Assembly: GCA_002794465.1 (NCBI GenBank)
Contig: MTSL01000150.1
Location: 43,254-74,404, forward strand
DNA from: Paramicrosporidium saccamoebae KSL3
Lineage: Eukaryota; Fungi; Cryptomycota
Reading direction: 5' to 3'
Length of the DNA: 31,151 bases
Part shown: positions 1 to 7,742 of the stretch, piece by piece
Layout of the letters: every line of letters starts with the position of its first letter
How positions within the stretch are numbered: the stretch's first letter is position 1
Notes under the pieces: generated by a model
Databases searched by the model: none
What the model was told of the DNA's origin: nothing
Seen by the model: only the letters and a program-made list of their open reading frames with translations
Translations under genes and position numbers: made by a program

Positions 1-198
1 CACAAAGCCAGTAATGGACCGAGCGCTCTCCCCCAAGCAAATCCACAAAAGATTAGCAATCGATTGAGTGCTCCCGCTCAAAGCAATTCACACAAGACAG
101 GCAATAGGCCAACTGCTCCCACCCAAATTAATCCGCACAAAGCCGGCGATAGGCCAAACGCCCCCATCCAAATTAACTTGCACAAGGCCAGCAATGGG
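1..198 (+). repeat. Degenerate 45-bp (15-aa) coding tandem repeat, at least 4.4 units
   Basis: Units start at 1, 46, 91, 136 and 181. For example cacaaagccagtaatgg (1) versus cacaaggccagcaatgg (181). Confidence 0.85.
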
Positions 199-327
199 CG
201 CACTCAACCCATTGTATACAGTAGCACTACTCGTTCAGCTCCATCTGTGGCAAGTGACGCACCACGTCCCCAGCGTCCTCCTCGAGCATTCCTCGACCCC
301 AATATGAACTGGAAACGTGCAGAATAA
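1..327 (+). CDS. 3' part of an unknown Pro/Asn/Ser-rich repeat protein (5'-truncated by the window)
   Basis: Frame 1 is open from base 1 to TAA at 325-327: HKASNGPSALPQANP QKISNRLSAPAQSNS HKTGNRPTAPTQINP HKAGDRPNAPIQINL HKASNG...NWKRAE. The 45-bp (3n) periodicity supports this frame. Confidence 0.65.
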   Translation, partial: HKASNGPSALPQANPQKISNRLSAPAQSNSHKTGNRPTAPTQINPHKAGDRPNAPIQINLHKASNGRTQPIVYSSTTRSAPSVASDAPRPQRPPRAFLDPNMNWKRAE

Positions 328-369
328 CGGTATTTGTATACAATTTATAAACACATACACGTTGACACA

Positions 370-618
370 TTAATTGTGGCGAAAGTATTTCAAGCCGAGC
401 CAATTTAGAAAGATAAAGATAATCGTCACGGGTAGCAATGTTACGGTGAAAAGGCAGTAATGTCTGTCCATGGCAATAGCATACAACCAAGTGTTTTCAG
501 CGGGAGGGGGGAATACTTTTGAGAGGACAATGGCATAGAGAGAGGTGGAGAAAAAGATAAGTGTCCCAATAAGCAGAGAATAGCCAAAGATGACGCCGCT
601 TCCGGCCGTTTGGCCCAT
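370..618 (-). CDS. PIGY: PIG-Y/Eri1-like subunit of GPI-GlcNAc transferase
   Basis: 82 aa with two hydrophobic helices, a D-x-H/Y-Y-C segment and the C-terminus NWLGLKYFRHN, which I recognise as typical of the PIG-Y family. Confidence 0.8.
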   Translation of the reverse strand: MGQTAGSGVIFGYSLLIGTLIFFSTSLYAIVLSKVFPPPAENTWLYAIAMDRHYCLFTVTLLPVTIIFIFLNWLGLKYFRHN

Positions 619-703
619 AATCCCATGTCCTCAGGTGACCTGCGTCAGTTATCGGCACCACCGAGTTTCTAATCTATCAGGCCATCATCAATCAGCGAAA
701 CTC

Positions 704-1387
704 TTATTCGTTATTATAGTACTGTTCTATAAAACTATCGCGAAGAGAACTGGCCTCGGCCAGCGAATCACGGAAAATCTCTACATGCGTCTTTCGTGGC
801 TCTACACGACTAACACTCCTTGTTGACGATCGCCCACTAACTCGATCAACAAGTCTATTGAGACGTTCAGATAGTTTTCTGCGGTGGCCGCCAAGCGAGG
901 AGCGGGCAGAGTGTTCTGATATTATGGACGGAGAGTAGCTGGAAACATCTGAAGCAAGAGCAGAGAGTGGTGTGAGAGCATTTCTTGCATAATCTGCATT
1001 TACAAAAATGCTCTTCCGGTCCGTCTCTAATTCTTCAATGATAAAATCTTCCAATATTAGACTAGTTGCAGCGCTGGATTCAACTGATTCGGTCTCGTAG
1101 AAATCTTCGGAATTCGGGCTGTTTAGATCCAATGCTCCCATAATACTCGACATTCTTGTCATGGTGGGGCTCTTTAAAACTTCTTTGCACACTTCTGTTA
1201 AAGTAGCGTCCAAAGAGGTTTCCCCGTTGTAAATTTTGGCAAACATCTGCGTGAACAACTCGTAATTTTGAATTCCAAAGGACGAAGCCGGTAAAGAAAC
1301 AGTCCGATTAATCTCCTTGGGCCTAAACGTAAACACGTCACTACGCGGTGCGTATGTCACAGGAGGAATGCGACTGCGAATGGCCAT
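704..1387 (-). CDS. Hypothetical Ser/acidic-rich protein, 227 aa
   Basis: Long ATG-initiated ORF that fills the gap between neighbours. No family recognised. Confidence 0.65.
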   Translation of the reverse strand: MAIRSRIPPVTYAPRSDVFTFRPKEINRTVSLPASSFGIQNYELFTQMFAKIYNGETSLDATLTEVCKEVLKSPTMTRMSSIMGALDLNSPNSEDFYETESVESSAATSLILEDFIIEELETDRKSIFVNADYARNALTPLSALASDVSSYSPSIISEHSARSSLGGHRRKLSERLNRLVDRVSGRSSTRSVSRVEPRKTHVEIFRDSLAEASSLRDSFIEQYYNNE

Positions 1388-1441
1388 ATCTCTGTAGAGT
1401 CCTTGAAAACAAGTATAAATAGTAGCAATGCATCTGATTGG

Positions 1442-1732
1442 ATGGCTAAAATGGAATGCGACTCTATGACTCCTCCTCGGTTATCATGTAGTCCATGCCT
1501 TAGGGCAGGACGGGGACGCAGTTGCGTTCACCAAAACGTACCACTGTACTATATCAGACCGAGGGGAAGACCAGTGTCGCAGTGTCCATCGTGCAGAATG
1601 AGGCGCAAGCAAAATGAACCCCGCTCGCACGGCAAGTGCGCTTGCTGGGCAAAACTGTTCCAGCTTGGCTCTGACAGTCTCTCATGCCGCTGTTTAATAG
1701 ACGGCAGTGCATGTACTTGCCAAGCTAGCTGA
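1442..1732 (+). CDS. Small copper-fist (Ace1/Mac1/Haa1-type) DNA-binding protein, about 96 aa
   Basis: C-x2-C-x8-C-x-H (CSPCLRAGRGRSCVH), then RPRGRP, CPSC, CAC and CRC-x6-CTC. First ATG is at 1442 (alternatives 1451, 1466); the track start at 1403 is TTG. Confidence 0.85.
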   Translation: MAKMECDSMTPPRLSCSPCLRAGRGRSCVHQNVPLYYIRPRGRPVSQCPSCRMRRKQNEPRSHGKCACWAKLFQLGSDSLSCRCLIDGSACTCQAS

Positions 1733-1838
1733 AATTGCCCACTACAGCGCTACTAACAGCGAGACCAATGCCCATATTCCCAGTCTGCATTTACAGCGGC
1801 ACAACAATCATAATTAGCGTTTATACATCCCATTTGGA

Positions 1839-2197
1839 TTACTTTCGTTTCTTTAGATTTGAGCTCTTGCCTACCTTCAAGTCGTCAGACTCTGACCCTG
1901 ACTCAGCTTCAGTCCCAGACTCGGATTCAGAATACTCATCAGGCTCTTTCTCTGCAGGAAGCCAGTTTACCGGATTAAGACGGAAAAATGGCCAGGAAGG
2001 CACACAAATGATCATGGCGAGTCCAAGTCCAATTAACCATCCATACAGTGCCAATTCAAGCGACTGCATGACCCATCCATAGCCAGTTCCCAGGACAAAG
2101 CCTGCCGCTATCAAATACTGTCCGAGCCTTTCGCTATTCTGCTGTCCATGGAAATCCTATCGGTAACTAATAAGTAAATGAACAGTACCATTGCCAT
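1839..2197 (-). CDS. SPC1: Signal peptidase complex subunit 1 (SPC12 family)
   Basis: Exon 1 is ATG GCA ATG (2197-2189), followed by a 32-nt GT-AG intron at 2188-2157, giving MAMDFHGQQNSERLGQYLIAAGFVLG...VPSWPFFRLNPVNWLP. The DFxGQ and PxWPxxRxNPxxW motifs are present. Confidence 0.92.
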
Positions 2198-2271
2198 ATT
2201 CACATTAATAGTCATAGTCGTAGTTCGGTTCACAGCACCACGGGGACCCCAGCTAGGGCTGCTTGCCAATC

Positions 2272-3360
2272 ATGTCAGCTGCTGCAACCACTTGTGGACG
2301 GCTGGAATGTGAAAAGCCAGCAGAGATGCAGTGTCCTGTTTGTCAGAAGAATGGACTTACTTTAGGTAGTTTTTTCTGTTCCCAGGACTGTTTCAAGGCT
2401 TGCTGGTCAACCCATAAGCTTCAACATCCTGGTATGTACGATCCGTTTCCCGGCTTCAAATACACGGGAGCTCTTCGACCATGGCCCTATGGACCAAAGA
2501 AAACAATTCCCAGAGACATTCCTCGTCCAGATTATGCCGAGACGGGGTATCCCAAGAGCGAAATGGATTTAAAGAACAAGGCAGCAACTACCATTCCCAT
2601 TGTCGATTCGAAAGAACAGGAAAAGATTCGAACAGTCTGTCGTCTTGCTCGGGAAGTCTTGGATGCAGCTGGGCGCGCCGTCCGTGCCGGTGTTACCGGA
2701 GACGAAATTGATAGCATTGTTCATGAGGAAACTCTGAAAAGAGGTGCGTACCCGTCGCCTTACAACTACAATGGATTCCCACGGAGTTGTTGTGTCAGTG
2801 TGAATGAGGTGATATGCCACGGGATTCCAGACACTCGTCCTTTTGTCAATGGCGACCTTGTGAACATTGACGTCACCCTTTATTATGATGGCGTCCATGG
2901 CGACCTCAATGAGACCTATCTTGTTGGCGAGGTGGACGATCAAGGGAAAAAATTGGTTGATTGTGCTCGGGAATGTCTTCGGCTTGCCATCTCCGAGGTT
3001 AGGCCCGGAATCCCGTACAAGTTCCTAGGCAGCGTCATTGAGAAACATGCGCGACTCTGTGGATTTTATGTTGTTAGAAATTTCTGTGGCCATGGAATTG
3101 GCCAACTCTTTCACGGTCCCCCATCGGTCCCACATTACACGAAGAATCGTGCTGTTGGGATCATTCGTGCGGGGCACGTCTTTACCATAGAACCGATGAT
3201 AAATGTAGGAGCGTGGCAAGATGTCCTTTGGCCCGACAATTGGACCGCTGTGACTGTGGATGGCAAGAGATCCGCGCAATTTGAACACACTCTACTTGTC
3301 ACCGAAACTGGATGTGAAGTATTAACTGCCGGAGAGGGAGAAAAATCCATTTACAATTAA
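2272..3360 (+). CDS. MAP1: Methionine aminopeptidase 1 with N-terminal zinc finger
   Basis: CPVC...FFCSQDCFKACWSTHK zinc finger; SVNEVICHGIPD, NIDVT, HGDLNET, GHGIG, FTIEPMIN and QFEHT motifs. First ATG is at 2272. Confidence 0.98.
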   Translation: MSAAATTCGRLECEKPAEMQCPVCQKNGLTLGSFFCSQDCFKACWSTHKLQHPGMYDPFPGFKYTGALRPWPYGPKKTIPRDIPRPDYAETGYPKSEMDLKNKAATTIPIVDSKEQEKIRTVCRLAREVLDAAGRAVRAGVTGDEIDSIVHEETLKRGAYPSPYNYNGFPRSCCVSVNEVICHGIPDTRPFVNGDLVNIDVTLYYDGVHGDLNETYLVGEVDDQGKKLVDCARECLRLAISEVRPGIPYKFLGSVIEKHARLCGFYVVRNFCGHGIGQLFHGPPSVPHYTKNRAVGIIRAGHVFTIEPMINVGAWQDVLWPDNWTAVTVDGKRSAQFEHTLLVTETGCEVLTAGEGEKSIYN

Positions 3361-3383
3361 ATACACTTGCCATTTATAGAAAT

Positions 3384-3899
3384 TTACGCCTTGTATTCTG
3401 GATTGGTAATCATTACATAGGGAAATTTGTCAGGGCGAGGTGGAGTGTCAGTGGGGATTCTTCGGTGGGCTGGAGGGATAGAGTAATCTACCATGCGCGC
3501 CGCACGATACAGGTCATCTGAAACAGCCCGAAGCTCTTTCATGGCTTGTGCTTTGGAATCGAGAAACTTTCGCTCCCAAGAGCTCTGGCTCTGCACTCTA
3601 AGCATCTGCATCCGGGACCATGCCTTGCTAATAACCACACGCTCATCAACTGTGGAAGCGTCCTCCGCTGGGGAATTTTTGTTTGTTACAGAAAATAATG
3701 CTTCCGTAAGCGCATCACGCTGAGTTGAGGGAGACTCACCGGAACCCATGGTAGCGGCGGCAGCTGCCTCTTTGAATCGCTTACGAAATTGCTGTTTCTG
3801 AGGGGCAACCTTACTGCCAGCTTTGGCCTTGATAGGGTTGGCGTAGCTTGCCGATTGAATCCACTGGCGAACAATGGGCAGGAAATTTTGTCCCTTCAT
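3384..3899 (-). CDS. MRPL40: Mitochondrial ribosomal protein mL40 (yeast MRPL28-like)
   Basis: Basic presequence-like N-terminus; A-x2-EL-x5-LY-x2-A helix followed by RRIPTDTPP, as recalled for the mL40 family. Confidence 0.75.
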   Translation of the reverse strand: MKGQNFLPIVRQWIQSASYANPIKAKAGSKVAPQKQQFRKRFKEAAAAATMGSGESPSTQRDALTEALFSVTNKNSPAEDASTVDERVVISKAWSRMQMLRVQSQSSWERKFLDSKAQAMKELRAVSDDLYRAARMVDYSIPPAHRRIPTDTPPRPDKFPYVMITNPEYKA

Positions 3900-4222
3900 A
3901 ATAATTAAGAGAAACTAGATTTATCGTAATTGAAAGGTCAAGCCCTGCCATCCATTGAAATCCTTAATCTGCGTTTGTGACGACGAGTTTCAATCCAAGA
4001 CCCTATTCTTGATTTTTGGTCCTTGATATACTTGTGATGTAGAATATTGATTAGTTGTGCGTTTGAGGATGATTCCCTAGTTTGGAGAAGACACGTTTCT
4101 GTGATCGAGTGGATCGGTTAGCCGGGTAGTTGAAGATTACTACTACTGCGCCACTTGGGAAACTATAAAACAACTTACAAATTTATAATAAAAGAATTCC
4201 TTGCCTCCCGAACAAATAGTAG

Positions 4223-4258
4223 TGACAAAGTTTGTGGTATTATCCCCACTACGCGACA
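4223..4258 (-). repeat. 36-bp dispersed element, copy 1
   Basis: The minus strand reads TGTCGCGTAGTGGGGATAATACCACAAACTTTGTCA, 33/36 identical to 31093-31128 (+). Confidence 0.9.
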
Positions 4259-4275
4259 TACTGACTCTCGCAGTA

Positions 4276-5820
4276 ATGATCTCAGCTGAGAAAAAAGTTT
4301 TAAACCAAGGGCCATTCACCATAGTCGAATATCCAGCCTCCATTATTAACAAAGAAAATGCTTTGAAGAATCTGTCATTTGGAGAAGAACAAGTCTCTTT
4401 AATCCTCGAACCACAGCAGGCAAATAGCGCTGTTGCCAGAGGGGATTATTGCTCTGCCAATTCGCTAGTGCTAAAGGTCACAAGAGATGATGCAGGCATC
4501 ATTGTAAGCACTGAAATACTGGGAAAAGTAGAAAGATTTGTCCGTTTTCGAAGTAGAGGCTTTGTTAAACCTTACTTTGTAGGACTTTTAGACTTCCAAA
4601 TGGACCAACCAGAGCAACCGGATCTGGATCTTAAAACAATGCAAGTAGCTGCATCTCTCGATCTAGATCAAATTCGGCAACTCGCTGAAACTCTGGAGAG
4701 TGAAAACTGGCGCACTGAAGAAATTCTTCGCCGCGGATTGCCCTCCTTTCCTCCGCCGAGGTTCACCCCAAGTGATTTTCCATTTCAGCTCTCCTCTTCG
4801 TCTCTTTCCGGTTTGGCCGTTGAGGTATCTCCTGGATTGCACTTGTAACTTTCAGTCGTCTCGTCGGAAAGGACGCCAATCCGCTTGGACACGATACTTT
4901 ACAGATCAAGTTGTGCCCACAACAGCTCCCAATGATATTAGCGTCCGTGTCCGCCGTCTTCATCGTGCAGATTTTGATGTTTTACAAAAGCTGTTTCAAG
5001 AGCGTCCTGTTTGGCTTCGATCGGCCTTGGTCAACTATCTCCCCAACGTTGGGCCCACCGAGTTTCGTGCGTACTTCTTGTTTATGAATTACTGATTTGC
5101 CAGTATGATGCCCGCAGTGGCATATTTTTTCATGGATGGTCCGTGGCGAACATGCTGGGTTCGGTATGGCTACGATCCTAGAGTAGACCCAGAGGCCCGA
5201 ATGTATCTGTGATTCTAGCTACTTATCCTCTGTGTAGCTACCAAGTAGCAGAAATGAGGGCATCTAGAATTCAGTCAATGATAGAAATGTTCCCTGCTTC
5301 TCTCCGAAAAGCTGCTGATTCTGCCCCCGAAAAGTACAGGCAAAGTTGTGCTTATTCCTAGACATCTATTTGATGGAGTGCATATCACAGCCAACATGAG
5401 CCATTTTCAATATTGTGATCTCACATATCCTCCCATCCATGACATAATTACAAGTCTGCAAAATCTTAGAGGCAGTTGTGAAGTAATATGGCGACTTGGA
5501 TCTAACAACTCTGTAGCGGAAAGAAGGCTGGTATGTTGATGGAACTATCAACAGGGTCAGAAGAATGATAAAGGATCGCTGGCTTGAGTTGGTTAGACTG
5601 TCAGATCCAAAGTTCTTTGAAGCTTCAGCGAACATCGCAGAGGATGCGGCCCAACCAGATCGTTCGGCCGCTAGCGACCCTGTAATATCACTTTGTAAAT
5701 TATCAATTTTAGGATTTGGACTGCGCTGGCCTTGGTGACGATGCTCCCACTTTTATGGACCAGCGGCTATCTGAGGCCTTATATGAAGACTCTGGCTCTG
5801 AGTATGAGATTTATGAATAA
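4276..5820 (+). CDS. TFC1: RNA polymerase III transcription factor IIIC tau95 subunit (GTF3C5/Tfc1/Sfc1)
   Basis: Motifs IVEYPASI, PPPRF, LFQERPVW, YFFMDGPWRTCWVRYGYDPR, HLFDG, FQYCDL and EGWY. They join through short introns, including 4825-4855, about 5069-5101, about 5202-5236, about 5329-5356, about 5482-5515, about 5682-5712, and a probable in-frame intron at 4553-4582. Ends ...SEYEIYE TAA at 5820. Confidence 0.9.
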
Positions 5821-6018
5821 ATCAAAGTGTGTCTGTGTTTGTAATACAGATTCTTCGTTTGAAGGGTTGGGCCCATCGATATATTCCCCCCCCCCAAAGG
5901 CTCTCCATCTCTGGTCCATAGCCCTCTCAGGAAATCCTTCATCTCTAACCCACAAATATGCTCTCTCTCATAATTACGAATAATTAAATTTGTCTATTAA
6001 CATTTGGCGGGCTGTAAA

Positions 6019-6684
6019 ATGTCTCACTCCTCCGCTTCCCTTACGGAGCCACGCTCCATAGTGCACTCTCTGACAACAAAATTCCATGCGGCAGCAGACG
6101 TAGAGGCTATTCAGAGGATTGAAAAGGTATTCGAAAGGGTACAAGCTGCCCGTGCCCAAAAATTGGAAACTAGTCGAGACACTATGCACCGTATCGGGCA
6201 ATGGTTCCATTTTTGATTTAATTTAGAATGGATGAAAAAGGTAGAGGCCGCCAAATGGGAAGCACAACGCCCAGCAGATCGCAGCGAAGCGGCTCATGTA
6301 GAGAGAATGGCCGTCCTGGATAGGGATCGTTATATCCTTGCCAAGACCGTTAATGATTTGGAACTGGCCACACAGCGAGAAGAAGCAACTCGTGACCAAT
6401 TAATTCAGAAATCATCAGCGACACAGAGGAGACTGGAAGAATTGGCTTCCGGGGCAAATTCCCTTAGCGAAGAAAAGGTTCGCTCAATGGTCTTTAGGGA
6501 AATTGGTGTCTCTTGGGCCTTGGAAGATCTCAGCGGGATCACTGAAATCAATGAATGGAAGCAAAGGAGCGTTAAATGTCGGATCCTGTCGAGAAAATCT
6601 AATGATGTGTTTCCCCTGGAGTTCTGTCCAAATTCAAACTGCTACGAAGATGCGCATCAGATTTGGAGCTGTTTGAGTCAATAA
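6019..6684 (+). CDS. SPC24: Kinetochore Ndc80-complex subunit Spc24-like
   Basis: Two exons joined by a 36-nt intron at 6191-6226. Coiled coil with LDRDRYILAKTVNDLE, then VFREIGV and a short RWD-like tail ending in IWSCL, matching the fungal Spc24 layout. Confidence 0.75.
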
Positions 6685-6740
6685 ATCTATCAGGGCGCCC
6701 ATGTATAATAGTGTAGTTTATTACCGATTAGGGTATACAA

Positions 6741-7541
6741 TTATTTGGTGATCTGCTCGCTGGGATCAAATGTTTCCTGAGTAGTAATGTGAGGTCCAGG
6801 TTCTGGGAACCACAGATAATGTTGTAGCATGAATAGGGTATCGAATAGGATTGAAATTATTCCAAGGATAAACTTGGGAAGAAAGCCCATGACGCCGTTA
6901 AAGTCGTGCCCGGAAGTGAACGCATCAATGAATAGCTGCGCAATGGATAAGAACCCTCCAAAGAAATCTAAAAGTACATTGGAAATATTCCAACCCGTAG
7001 TGCTCCGTCTCACCCAGTTAAGCCATACTTGGGGGATATACTTTACCACTGTCAGGATTAGCTTGATATTCGACAATGCGTACAAGTAATCCAACATCTC
7101 AATATGTCCGAAATACGCGAGGCCGGCACCAACAGAGACAACCAGAGTCAGTCCGATCGCCAACGCAACACCCATTCTGGAAGGGCCTTCGTTGGGCTTC
7201 CTGTAAAGGAGCACTTGGATGCAGAACAGAAACGTAATAACCAAGGCATGCACTGCGAAAATGACGTCATTGAAGGCAACGAGATTGTCTTTTCCCTCGT
7301 GCTGCCTCCGATATTCCTCGCGAATATACGGGCTAAAGTACATGCTGGTATTAAAAATTGCGTAGCAAAGAAATCCATAGAAGCTGGCAATTACAAAATC
7401 TACCGAGAGTCCTGTCACACTCTTGCGAGCAGTATTGGCGATCAATTGAGGATAGAAACTAATTGACCAGAACAAAACATAGATCCAACCGAGAACAGCC
7501 GACACGATAACCAGGATTTGATGTTCATTGTCAAGCGCCAT
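6741..7541 (-). CDS. CTNS: Cystinosin/Ers1 PQ-loop lysosomal-vacuolar transporter
   Basis: WSISFYPQ and KYIPQ PQ-loops, RKSVTGLSVDF, GWNISNVLLDFFGG; about 7 TM helices. Confidence 0.95.
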   Translation of the reverse strand: MALDNEHQILVIVSAVLGWIYVLFWSISFYPQLIANTARKSVTGLSVDFVIASFYGFLCYAIFNTSMYFSPYIREEYRRQHEGKDNLVAFNDVIFAVHALVITFLFCIQVLLYRKPNEGPSRMGVALAIGLTLVVSVGAGLAYFGHIEMLDYLYALSNIKLILTVVKYIPQVWLNWVRRSTTGWNISNVLLDFFGGFLSIAQLFIDAFTSGHDFNGVMGFLPKFILGIISILFDTLFMLQHYLWFPEPGPHITTQETFDPSEQITK

Positions 7542-7742
7542 CGATCATATGTGACAAGCCGGCTGCCCAAACAGTACTTGAGCTAGCCTCTGGAACGCAC
7601 GACTGCGAACCAATCAGAGCGGCTTCCCAACCATTTTCGGAATACGTATCCGAAACTTGAAAGAGCATGCCACAAACCAATCACAGCCGTCGGCTGGGAA
7701 ATGACAGCTAACTGGATAAGGAAAATTCCACCATTAAATTTG

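Noticed and set aside
1735-2082. 115-aa plus-strand ORF, and many other short antisense ORFs in the track (e.g. 9665-10027, 11537-11977, 21050-21376)
   Set aside because: They are shadow frames opposite well-supported genes, often with non-ATG starts and no recognisable motifs.
3900-4140. U3-, U4- or U1-like fragments (GAGGATGA, GTGACGAC, TTTGTGGTA)
   Set aside because: The essential pairing motifs (U3 box A GGATCA, U4 TGCTAAT, U1 ACTTACCTG) are missing.
4223-4258. Resemblance of GGTATTATCCCCACTACGCG to a type I-E CRISPR repeat (CGGTTTATCCCCGCTGGCGCG)
   Set aside because: Only two copies 27 kb apart, no spacer array, no cas genes, and a eukaryotic intron-rich context.
4190-4270. The 36-bp element as part of a tRNA-Gln(TTG)
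   Set aside because: It has an A-box-like segment and CT-TTG, but no acceptor stem, no TTCRA T-loop in a paired T-arm, and no anticodon stem in copy 2 within the window.
4201-5983. Apparent frameshifts or pseudogenes in TFC1, NAF1, ERO1, PEX19, PP2A, RCL1 and BSD2
   Set aside because: Every break is repaired by a 28-39 nt GT-AG intron that restores conserved motifs.
5821-6018. C10 tract, a CTAACCC telomerase-template-like 7-mer and a 43-aa minus-strand ORF
   Set aside because: Each is short and expected by chance; no supporting structure or homology.
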